The notes under the pieces: model-generated
The model's input: the letters and a program-made list of their open reading frames with translations, nothing else
The model's database searches: none
Told to the model about the DNA's origin: nothing
Shown: positions 49,923-61,628 of the stretch, piece after piece
How positions within the stretch are numbered: position 1 is the first letter of the stretch
How the letters are laid out: every line of letters starts with the position of its first letter
Translations under genes and position numbers: made by a program
From: Neoechinorhynchus agilis
Lineage: Eukaryota; Animalia; Acanthocephala
DNA length: 64,000 bases
Assembly (NCBI GenBank): GCA_051530055.1
Contig: CM121341.1
Coordinates: 8,348,784 to 8,412,783 of the forward strand
Direction of reading: 5' to 3'

Positions 49923-51917
49923 ATGAGCACTGATAAAACCAGCAATCATTCGCCGCCGATAATTCCGAAAGGTGATATTGGAAAAGAAATGATCAAACCT
50001 GACCCTCTTGGCGGCACCTATATCCCTCGAATTCGTCTTAAAATGATCAATAAGTCCAATCAGGACAAAACAAGGTAATGTTTTTTTATATAGCGTATCA
50101 TTAATAATGTTCGTCCAGCATTGAGTACCAGCGTATAGCTTGGGACGATCTAAAAAAAGGCATTAATGGAATCGTCAATAAGGCCAATACGTCCAATATT
50201 GCATACGTCGCTCGTGATTTGATCAAACAGAATCTTATCAGAGGGAGGTTTGTGCTGCCAACCTTTTGTTTACTAATTATATTTCTTTCTAAAAGGGGCT
50301 TATTCGCCAAATGTTGTATAAAGGCGCAGGATGCATCACAACCATTTACTCATGTATTCGCTGCACTCGTAGCGATTGTTAATACAAAGGTTTTCGCTGA
50401 ATTGACTTTTCTAACGGTCTTATACAAACGTTTAGTTTCCACAAATTGGTGAGTTAATTCTAAAGAGACTGCTTAATCAATTTAAAAAGTCATATAAACG
50501 CAACGACAAACCGACATGCTTGTCTTCCACTAAATTCCTTGGACATTTATTCAACCAAAACGTCGTGCACGAAGTTCTTATTTTGGAGATTTTAGGCGAC
50601 TTGTAATCTTTTCTATCAGGCGATAATTGGACACTGAAAAAAATCACAATGTTCATAAAAAATGGAGAGAGAAAAGATTACAAATCCTAACACTGTTAAT
50701 GAACAAGCCAACTAATGATTCGATGGAAGTTGCAATATCTATTCTCAAGGAAACCGGATCAAAGCTAACCGACGTGTGTCCTCGAGGCCTTAACGCAATA
50801 TTTGACACTCTTAGAATGATCTTACATTCTGGAAACGTTGACCGTCGCATTCAATATGCTATCGAAGTTCTGTTTGCAGTTCGTAAAGACGGCTTCAAGG
50901 ATTTTCCTAGCCTAGTAGATGAACTTAACATAGTTGAAGAAGATGAGCAGTTTACCCACGCTTTGTGCCTGGATGACGATTGTAATCCAGAAATAATGCT
51001 CGATGTATTTAGGTATGATGCTGATTATGAGAAGAACGAAAATAAGTATAAGAAACTAACGGATGAAATTCTGGGAGATGATGAGGTAGATGAGAGTGAG
51101 GAAGAAGAAGATGAAGAAATTGGAGCTCCGGACGAGACTGAACCGATTGTTGATGAAACTGAGACTGACCTTGTCTCGCTTAGATCCTCGATTCCTTTTC
51201 ATATTCTGAAAAGAATTGTAGTTAGCAAGTCATATCTTATTTTGTTTTATACAAAAAAACTATCATAGAGGAACCATATTCCCGTGAGCTTAAAATAAAA
51301 GGAATCGATGGTGTAGAAGAACGATATATCTTACAATTCAATCATCAATAAATTTCGAAGAGTGCGCTCATAAACTCATGAAGATGAATCTGAGACCTGG
51401 CGGAGAGCAACAAACAGAGTTATGCCGAACAATTCTCGATTGGTGTGCCCAACAACGCACTTACGAGAAGTTTGCCGGTCTCCTGGCTCATAGATTCTGC
51501 ATCTTGGACCAACAATACGCCGAAATGTATGAACAGATATTCATTGAACAGTACGAAGTCGTTCATCGTCTCGAAACGGTAAAACTTCGAAACATTGCCA
51601 AGTTTTTTGCTCACCTGCTATGCACCGATGGCATATCATGGGCAGTGTTCAAGTGTATTCAACTCACTGAAGAGCACACAACATCTAGTAGTCGAGTGTT
51701 CATAAAGAATATTCTACTTGAGATGGCCGAGAATCTAGGAGTACAAACACTAAATGATCGGTTCCAAGATGAGACAATGGAGACGGCGTTCATCGGATTG
51801 TTTCCCGTGGACTCTCCTCAAAACATACGGTTTTGCATCAATTTCTTTACGTCCATCGGATTGGGAGGGCTGACTGAAAAGCTCAGAGATCGTCTGAAGA
51901 CACTAAGTGCAAACTAA
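49923..51917 (+). CDS. CWC22: Pre-mRNA splicing factor CWC22 (MIF4G + MA3 core); canonical exons 49923-50074, 50119-50247, 50296-50389, 50436-50602, 50677-51228, 51317-51917
   Basis: [77 protein letters not shown]. Two junctions are ambiguous (see findings). Confidence 0.95.
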
Positions 51918-52182
51918 TGATTTCAAAAACAACATGATAATCTGTCGCGATTGGGAGCTTTTTTATGGAGTTTTGAAAAAACATTTGATCGACATGAATA
52001 ATCGCTGATCTATTTTGAATCCTGTTTCACCATTCAGATATGCATACGTCATTGTTATCAATGTCTAACCGACAGTGTAACAAGCAATCGGCTAATATTT
52101 GTTTGAAGATTGAATTGTTCTTTTATATGGGGTGTAAAAATTTAAAGAAATTTGGGTTAAATCCGATTGATTTCAGAGGCAC

Positions 52183-52261
52183 GGGAACGCTGCCTCCCTT
52201 CCTTTGGACCGCTAGAGCACCAGGACGACAGCTGAGTGATCCAAAGGAGTGGTGTGAATGA
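52183..52261 (+). mobile_element. Very short CRE 3'-end relic
   Basis: GGGAACGCTGCC (GNAA) followed by ACCAGGACGACAGCTGAGTGATCC, 22/24 identical to 10783-10806. Confidence 0.5.
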
Positions 52262-52405
52262 TTTCTGCTCCGAGATTAAACTTCATAGTTATGCAAAAAA
52301 GAACATTGTTTATCTCAAGGTCGTTTCGCCATTTTTTAACCTTGTCGTGGAGATAAAATAGACGTTTTCTGAATATAATTTTAGAAATATAACAAGTTAG
52401 ATCAT

Positions 52406-53330
52406 TCACATCACCGCTTCTCTGGATCTCTCAAGATGCCTCGTCCTGGTGTAACTGCCGTATGTAAGTTCTCTGGGATCTTTGGGGAAAGTGTGCCGCT
52501 CTAACCTGCCCAACATTTGAATTCCCATATAGGCGAGCCGTAACATGAATTTAACCTTCAAAACTGCATCACTATTCCCCCGAATCCCCTTTTGAGCCAC
52601 AATAGTCTCTCGTAACGGCGAATATATGTAATCCAATAGCTTCCCGTAAATTCCGAAAGTGATTAGTTCGTTTGCAATCCCACCGCTGCCACCAAATGTT
52701 AAATCCTCTGATTTAACTTCCCCCATTTCTTTATTTTCGAAAAAACCGAACGAACAACCAAACCCACTTAAAAATTTTTATTCGAGAGAAGGACCATAGT
52801 GTTAACGATGGATAAATATCGGCAATAAGATCCATACATTATTTTATCTCTCTACTCGTCCATTTGACACCAACGATGTGCTTTCTCGGCCCAGTCGTTT
52901 GTATGTGCCCAGAGGTAGGGGAGTTTGCTCGGAACAATAAGAAAGGTGCGAATGAATTTGTTGCGCTGCTCAGGAGGACGGCCTCTGGAATAGAAAACCA
53001 GGCCAGATACTGCCCAACAATTCCAAGTGGTTTTGATCACTTCACGTCGAACTTTAGCCTGTGCTACATTTAAAAGCTTTTTAAATTTACCGAGATCGGC
53101 CTTAATGTTCAAATTGGTTGTAAAAGAATATCCTAAAATGTCGATTTTTTTATTAACTAAAACATCACCAAGATTATAATAATCTCTATAGAATTCTCGG
53201 ATTTTACGTTTACCAATCGTCGAGCGTGACTTTAAAATAAATTTAGTTTTTCTGGGATTGAGATCTAATCCCATTTGAGGTAAAACATGGTGTAAAAATT
53301 TAAGAGATGTAGCTAGACTCACTTATAACA
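52406..53330 (-). mobile_element. LINE 3' fragment related to the 16-20 kb element (post-YADD RT region)
   Basis: VLPQMGLDLNPRKT...ILGYSFTTNL...GLVFYSRGRP parallels VLPRMNLSLNPSKS...ILGHRLTVNL...GLVFFSRGRP at 16390-16760. Confidence 0.75.
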
Positions 53331-53393
53331 GCGGTCATATATAAACACGTTTTATTAATTTAAGAAAAGCACGATCCACACACTTGCCAGCAT

Positions 53394-56300
53394 CTATCTT
53401 TGCAGGTCATCTGCATAGAGAAAATATTTGGTAGGAGGAGTGAGGGGATGGAGGTCATTTAGAAAAATGTCAAAGAGAAGAGGGGAAAGTACGGCGCGTT
53501 GGGGGACCCCTTTAAATATGGGCAGAGAAGAGGAACAAGAAGTTCCACATTGGATATATTGTTTGCGGTTGGAGAGGAAAGAGGAAACCCAAGCGAGTTG
53601 CCAGGTTGGGAGGCCAAAGGAAGCACATGATTGGAGAAGAAGGGAGTGATCGACCGACTCGAACGCCCTGGAAATATCCAGTCGCACAAGACGGACGGTT
53701 GATGCCGGACTGGAATCTAAGTTGCGCACAAGCGTATCGTAGATGCAGAAGAGGGTATCAGAACAAGAGTAATTGGGACGGAAAGCGAATTGAGAAGGGG
53801 GGTGTTTTTGAAAGGAGGGAAGTAGGCGGGTTTTAAAACATTTTTCTTAGATTTAAGAGAAAGGTGAGAGGATAGAAATGGGACGAAAGGATGTAGGGGA
53901 AATCCGTTTATTGTTTTTGAAGAAGGGGACGACCGGGCTTCCTTAAGAGACGATGGGAAAGTGCCCAATAGAAAGCTAAGGTTCGTTATGTGCGTTAGAG
54001 AGTTCCGGGATGATGAAACGAATGGCCAAATTTCTGACAGTCGAATTTGGGGAAGAATGGCGGGGCAGGCGTTTAAGGATCTCTAGGATTCCGAGAGGGG
54101 AAACTAAGGAAGGGCATGTATGGATGGGCGGGTCAGAAAGTGAGAAGGGAGGTTGGGACAATGGATTGGAGGTTTGGGGAGGACAGAGGTTTTTATTAAT
54201 GGAATTAAGGATTGAGAGGAGATCAGATTTTGGGAGAGATGCGAAGGGGGTGGATCTACCAAGACCAGTGACATTTTTTTTATTTCACGCCACCAGTTTC
54301 GATTTGGAACGGACGAGAGACGAGATGAGAGGGTAAGCGGAATTACCAGAACGGAAAGCCTTGGTGACCTGCATTTGAAGGGTTTTTAGAAAAGGCGAGA
54401 ACCATGGAGGGTCGCGGTTCGAGACTCGTATTGTTTTGCGAGGAAAGGAGGCCTTTATCGCAGATTCTATTAGATTTAACAAAGAGCCCATTGCAATCGA
54501 GGGGTCGGTGCCAAAGATGGTAGAGCGGTTTTGCATGATAAGAGAATTGACACATGCAGCAAAGGATTGCGTATGATGATCACGTTTATTCCAGACAACG
54601 TAGGGGTCGGAAAAGGAACGTTTTTGAGGTGATGAGGGGGAGAGAAGGATGGAACAATGGTCAGACGAGGCGATCGGGGGGAGTTTGGTAGTGCAAGAAT
54701 ATTGCCTGATGTTTGAGAAAATTTTATCAAGGCGGGAGGAGAAACGTGTGGGGAAAGTAACGAGTTGGGAGACATGAGAGAGCGGGGGCGGGATCGGCAG
54801 TTTGTTAAAATCGCCAAATATGATGAAGTGATCTGAGGAAGTGGAAGGTAGTTCAGTAAATAGGTGGTTTATTTGTTGAAGTGTGTTGGAGATGTTTGAG
54901 AAAGGAGGGCGATAAAGGCCAGCGATAGAGATCTCACGTTGGCCATTGCGGATGGGGAGCTGGAGTTGGATGTGTAGCCATTCAAGATCGTCGGAGATGA
55001 AAAGGTAGGGTGAAGAGCAATGGTAAGAGAGAGGTGCGGATGAAGATCGATATGCCTCCCCTGTTTCGGAAGTCCCTTGTGAGGTGAAAAGCTTGAAAGT
55101 TTGGAAGGAAGGCAGATAATTTGCTATGGGGTGAGAGCCATGTTTCCGTAATTACAAGGATGTCGGCGCTGCAAGAAAGGCAACCATATGGAGCTCATAC
55201 AGTTTGGGGAGGAGGTTGCGGATGTTAGAATAAAAGATTATTGGAAAGGGATGTCTAGAAGGCACACGAAGGTTGGACACTGACGGGGAGGGTTAAAGCT
55301 GTGCAGAGAGAGAAATGATGGGAGTTGACCGGCGGGGTAGTTCGGTGGTAAGGGATTCGTGGGTGGACACTGTAGTAAGGGGTGATTTGAGTGTAGGGAC
55401 CATAAGGCTGGTAACTGCGTATGCGGGATGGGGGGCAAGAGGATATTGGGAGTTGAAAAGGTGGTGTTAAGAGGCGAGGTAGTGTGAGCGTCCAAGGTAT
55501 TTTTCGCTTCTGAGGGGCGAAGCGAAAATTTCCAGATTTGGCAGGGTTCGGAATAGTGGTTTTAGGCAGATGAGAGATGAGTGGTGGCAAGGATGACGGG
55601 GGTTTAGGAGAAGTTAATTTACGAGGCGAGGGATGCTTAACGTAGTCGTTGAAGACTGGTAGGGGTGTGTACTTTTTACTAGAAAATCGAATTACAGGAG
55701 AGAAGGTGGTAGGTTTTGATGGAGTTCACGTTGAAACGTAGTCGTAGAAGGATGGGAGGGGTTTATGGTTTTTTTTCTAGTTGTACGGGGTGCTAGAGAG
55801 GAGGTGGAGGATTTAGATGAGGCCGAGGAGTAAGGGAGATTCGGTTTTAATAGTGGAGCAGAGTGAGACTTAGAGTGCAGGGACGAGGGAAAAGGGCTAT
55901 GAGAGATGGTAGGAACGGAATTAAGGAGGGGAGAATGTTGAAGAAAAGTCGAATTAGAGTGTGGATAGGAGTCTTGGAGGGCACCGACAGCAAAGAATGG
56001 GTGGACAGTATTTAAAGAGTGAAGCGAGGGAGAAGAGGAGGTTTGAGGTGGGGAAACTGAAGATGGAAGGGGTTGGGGATTAGGGGTTTGGGAGTGGTTA
56101 GTGTTTGAGAACTTATTGGGAAGGGGGGAACTGGAGAACACAGTTTGAGCAAGGCGGCAGTACAGAAACCGCAAATAAATTTCTGGCCTGTTGCCCAAGT
56201 ATTTGTGACGGATATTTTAGTTGTAACCTGACAATCGTTCATGTCACAGGGGACGGGCTTGGTGGTTGGCCGCTTCGGTCTCGGCATTGTTTGCAAGTGT

Positions 56301-56880
56301 TTATGACGTTAAATCGTGCGACGACTTTGATCGTGTGACGACGCTGATGCTCACAGATTTGATTGCAATTGTTTACGACGTTAGATCTTATGACGGCGTT
56401 GATCGTCTGACAAGACGAGAGAGAGAACGTTGACGGTTGACGAGAGAGAGAGAACGTTGACGAGAGAGCATATAGAGTAATTCCTCTGCAAACTCTGCGA
56501 TTCTGAACTATAAATTGTGTGGTAAACCCACTTCGCCGCATAATAACTACTATCGATCGTCGCATTTATCGATCGACTACACAACACGATCGAATGGAAG
56601 GCCCGTTGGCTATGTTTCGTAGGAGGAATGCTCCTGATCTCAAATCGTCTCAATCTCTGGAACCATTAACGATGTCTCGACGCCAAAGAAAACGAAATAA
56701 TGGATAAAAATGGAGGAAAATCTTTTGTAATTTATTACCGCGAACTCGAACAACGGAACAAGCGATCGCACTTTTTTTAGCGTTCCAAATGTTTATAGCA
56801 GAGGTAAAGATGAGAAAGAATTTTGTAATATTGGGGGTCATTAACGTCGCGAATTTTGTCCGTGTGTATATTTCACAGGC
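53394..56880 (-). mobile_element. L2/CR1-like LINE (5' UTR, ORF1, APE, RT up to YADD), heavily frameshifted, 3'-truncated
   Basis: Minus strand YSNIRNLLPK, ITETWL, RGGISIFIR, LYRPP, IFGDFN (~54800-55240); NRDPPW; LDISRAFESVDH...GVPQRAVLSPLLF...YADDLQ; pyrimidine-rich sense strand; Cys-rich ORF1 at 56012..56296. The 5' boundary is approximate. Confidence 0.88.
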
Positions 56881-57242
56881 GGACTCAGCGGATATTTAAG
56901 TGATTTTTATTTCTCTCTCTCTTTTAGTACTCAAAGAATCTGTTATAGGTCACAGGTTTTTTCTTTAATTGGGTTTTTTTGTTCGTTAAAAAATTGAAGT
57001 CTTTTATTTCAAAGATTTGAAGCGGATAACATCAGTCGGAAAAGTTTGTCAAGAAAGGCATCTTTCTCGCTTATTCTTTTACAAGACCCAAATGTTTTAT
57101 GGAATAATTCGTCCTTAAATTTAACCTTTCTGCTCTATGTTCTTGTTAGTTAATTGTTTCACTGAATTTTATTTACGATCAGCCTTTATTTTAATCTTTT
57201 CGATTCCTTTTGGACCCACAAAATATTTAATTTTTTGTTATA

Positions 57243-60200
57243 CCGGTGAAAAATTAAAGGAATTTTATTAAATCCGCTAAATTTGGAAGGCACGAGATTG
57301 TACGCCTTTTTATTAGAGGTTTTTTATACAAATTTTGTTTTCCTTTGACTTTCTGAGTTCCTTTAGAAGATCTTTGTTTGAAGATTAAATTATTCAATAG
57401 TTGTTTATGCCGGTGAAAAATTAAAGGAATTTTATTAAATCCGCTAAATTTGGAAGGCACGAGATTGTACGCCTTTTTATTAGAGGTTTTTTATACAAAT
57501 TTTGTTTTCCTTTGACTTTCTGAGTTCCTTTAGAAGATCTTTGTTTGAAGATTAAATTATTCAATAGTTGTTTATGCCGGTGAAAAATTAAAGGAATTTT
57601 ATTAAATCCGCTAAATTTGGAAGGCACGAGATTGTACGCCTTTTTATTAGAGGTTTTTTATACAAATTTTGTTTTCCTTTGACTTTCTGAGTTCCTTTAG
57701 AAGATCTTTGTTTGAAGATTAAATTATTCAATAGTTGTTTATGCCGGTGAAAAATTAAAGGAATTTTATTAAATCCGCTAAATTTGGAAGGCACGAGATT
57801 GTACGCCTTTTTATTAGAGGTTTTTTATACAAATTTTGTTTTCCTTTGACTTTCTGAGTTCCTTTAGAAGATCTTTGTTTGAAGATTAAATTATTCAATA
57901 GTTGTTTATGCCGGTGAAAAATTAAAGGAATTTTATTAAATCCGCTAAATTTGGAAGGCACGAGATTGTACGCCTTTTTATTAGAGGTTTTTATACAAAT
58001 TTTGTTTTCCTTTGACTTTCTGAGTTCCTTTAGAAGATCTTTGTTTGAAGATTAAATTATTCAATAGTTGTTTATGCCGGTGAAAAATTAAAGGAATTTT
58101 ATTAAATCCGCTAAATTTGGAAGGCACGAGATTGTACGCCTTTTTATTAGAGGTTTTTTATACAAATTTTGTTTTCCTTTGACTTTCTGAGTTCCTTTAG
58201 AAGATCTTTGTTTGAAGATTAAATTATTCAATAGTTGTTTATGCCGGTGAAAAATTAAAGGAATTTTATTAAATCCGCTAAATTTGGAAGGCACGAGATT
58301 GTACGCCTTTTTATTAGAGGTTTTTTATACAAATTTTGTTTTCCTTTGACTTTCTGAGTTCCTTTAGAAGATCTTTGTTTGAAGATTAAATTATTCAATA
58401 GTTGTTTATGCCGGTGAAAAATTAAAGGAATTTTATTAAATCCGCTAAATTTGGAAGGCACGAGATTGTACGCCTTTTTATTAGAGGTTTTTTATACAAA
58501 TTTTTTCCTTTGATTTTCTGAGTTCCTTTAGAAGATCTTTGTTTGAAGATTAAATTATTCAATAGTTGTTTATGCCGGTGAAAAATTAAAGGAATTTTAT
58601 TAAATCCGCTAAATTTGGAAGGCACGAGATTGTACGCCTTTTTATTAGAGGTTTTTTATACAAATTTTGTTTTCCTTTGACTTTCTGAGTTCCTTTAGAA
58701 GATCTTTGTTTGAAGATTAAATTATTCAATAGTTGTTTATGCCGGTGAAAAATTAAAGGAATTTTATTAAATCCGCTAAATTTGGAAGGCACGAGATTGT
58801 ACGCCTTTTATTAGAGGTTTTTTATACAAATTTTTTCCTTTGACTTTCTGAGTTCCTTTAGAAGATCTTTGTTTGAAGATTAAATTATTCAATAGTTGTT
58901 TATGCCGGTGAAAAATTAAAGGAATTTTATTAAATCCGCTAAATTTGGAAGGCACGAGATTGTACGCCTTTTTATTAGAGGTTTTTTATACAAATTTTTT
59001 CCTTTGATTTTCTGAGTCCTTTAGAAGATCTTTGTTTGAAGATTAAATTATTCAATAGTTGTTTATGCCGGTGAAAAATTAAAGGAATTTTATTAAATCC
59101 GCTAAATTTGGAAGGCACGAGATTGTACGCCTTTTTATTAGAGGTTTTTTATACAAATTTTGTTTTCCTTTGACTTTCTGTTCCTTTAGAAGATCTTTGT
59201 TTGAAGATTAAATTATTCAATAGTTGTTTATGCCGGTGAAAAATTAAAGGAATTTTATTAAATCCGCTAAATTTGGAAGGCACGAGATTGTACGCCTTTT
59301 TATTAGAGGTTTTTTATACAAATTTTTTCCTTTGACTTTCTGAGTTCCTTTAGAAGATCTTTGTTTGAAGATTAAATTATTCAATAGTTGTTTATGCCGG
59401 TGAAAAATTAAAGGAATTTTATTAAATCCACTTAATTTGGAAGGCACGAGATTGTACGCCTTTTTATTAGAGGTTTTTTATACAAATTTTGTTTTCCTTT
59501 GACTTTCTGAGTTCCTTTAGAAGATCTTTGTTTGAAGATTAAATTATTCAATAGTTGTTTATGCCGGTGAAAAATTAAAGGAATTTTATTAAATCCGCTA
59601 AATTTGGAAGGCACGAGATTGTACGCCTTTTTATTAGAGATCTTTGTTTGAAGATTAAATTATTCAATAGTTGTTTATGCCGGTGAAAAATTAAAGGAAT
59701 TTTATTAAATCCACTAAATTTGGAAGGCACGAGATTGTACGCCTTTTATTAGAGGTTTTTTATACAAATTTTTTCCTTTGACTTTCTGAGTTCCTTTAGA
59801 AGATCTTTGTTTGAAGATTAAATTATTCAATAGTTGTTTATGCCGGTGAAAAATTAAAGGAATTTTATTAAATCCGCTAAATTTGGAAGGCACGAGATTG
59901 TACGCCTTTTTATTAGAGGTTTTTTATACAAATTTTTTCCTTTGACTTTCTGAGTTCCTTTAGAAGATCTTTGTTTGAAGATTAAATTATTCAATAGTTG
60001 TTTATGCCGGTGAAAAATTAAAGGAATTTTATTAAATCCACTAAATTTGGAAGGCACGAGATTGTACGCCTTTTATTAGAGGTTTTTTATACAAATTTTT
60101 TTCCTTTGACTTTCTGAGTTCCTTTAGAAGATCTTTGTTTGAAGATTAAATTATTCAATAGTTGTTTATGCCGGTGAAAAATTAAAGGAATTTTATTAAA

Positions 60201-60970
60201 TCCGCTAAATTTGGAAGGCACGAGATTGTACGCCTTTTTATTAGAGGTTTTTTATACAAATTTTGTTTTCCTTTGACTTTCTGAGTTCCTTTAGAAGATC
60301 TTTGTTTGAAGATTAAATTATTCAATAGTTGTTTATGCTGAAAAATTAAAGGAATTTTATTAAATCCGCTAAATTTGGAAGGCACGAGATTGTACGCCTT
60401 TTTATTAGAGGTTTTTTATACAAATTTTTTCCTTTGACTTTCTGAGTTCCTTTAGAAGATCTTTGTTTGAAGATTAAATTATTCAATAGTTGTTTATGCC
60501 GGTGAAAAATTAAAGGAATTTTATTAAATCCACTTAATTTGGAAGGCACGAGATTGTACGCCTTTTTATTAGAGGTTTTTTATACAAATTTTGTTTTCCT
60601 TTGACTTTCTGAGTTCCTTTAGAAGATCTTTGTTTGAAGATTAAATTATTCAATAGTTGTTTATGCCGGTGAAAAATTAAAGGAATTTTATTAAATCCGC
60701 TAAATTTGGAAGGCACGAGATTGTACGCCTTTTTATTAGAGGTTTTTTATACAAATTTTGTTTTCCTTTGACTTTCTGAGTTCCTTTAGAAGATCTTTGT
60801 TTGAAGATTAAATTATTCAATAGTTGTTTATGCCGGTGAAAAATTAAAGGAATTTTATTAAATCCGCTTAATTTGGAAGGCACGAGATTGTACGCCTTTT
60901 TATTAGAGGTTTTTTATACAAATTTTTTCCTTTGACTTTCTGAGTTCCTTTAGAAGATCTTTGTTTGTTG
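57243..60970. repeat. Satellite C: 167-bp unit, about 22-23 copies, one internally deleted near 59637
   Basis: 167-bp spacing of the repeated 68-aa ORFs; direct inspection. Confidence 0.98.
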
Positions 60971-61628
60971 ATTAAATTGCCTCGGTAATCAATCGGATTT
61001 AATAAAATTCCTTATAACGCTGTATAAGATCTTTAGAAAATGAACGCGACACACTTAAAGGGAGCTGGATGGTCGCTGTTAAAAGGGATCCGAAATTATC
61101 TGAGCCAAATATTTAGTCCAACTGTTCATTTACATTGCTCCTTGGATTTTCCGTATCAAATTATGGAATATGTAAGAAAATCGAATCGTATAAGTCGTTT
61201 TTTAAATGAAGACATCATCAAACCTTGTAGAATATCGATTATTAAAATATTTCGGGATATAAAAAGGGCCGTTCGGCATGTTTAAACGATTATTTCAAAA
61301 TGTTGATATGTGAGCTACGTGGGTATATTGATTTTAGGATTATTATTTTGAAGTCTTGACAAGTTTTGCGAACCTCGTGTCGGATCCATCATCTCAGTTT
61401 GTTAGTATTGAAATCGTCTATTACTAACAAACTGATGATGATGACGACGAACCCTAGGAAGTTCATAGAACGTCTTTTTAATCGAAAAACTATTTACCTT
61501 GCGAATGGTCGACCATCAATATCGTCGCGCGCGCGAATTGAGTGTTCATTTTTGATGATTTTCGTCGATTGAAATATCGCATCCGGATGAGCATTTTGCC
61601 CATTGTCTCTCTCTCACTTTTTGCAGGT

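Noticed and set aside
57254-60883. Repeated 60-68-aa minus-strand ORFs (MPSKFSGFNK...)
   Set aside because: By-product of the 167-bp satellite; TTG/GTG starts, and frame-breaking indels are tolerated between units.
57243-60970. CGCCTTTT(T)ATTAG resembling U5 snRNA loop I
   Set aside because: No closing stem, the invariant loop end is not matched, and no U5 architecture is visible.
40690-60970. CRISPR-like interpretation of the tandem arrays
   Set aside because: Units are wholly repeated with no unique spacers, no cas genes are present, and the context is eukaryotic.
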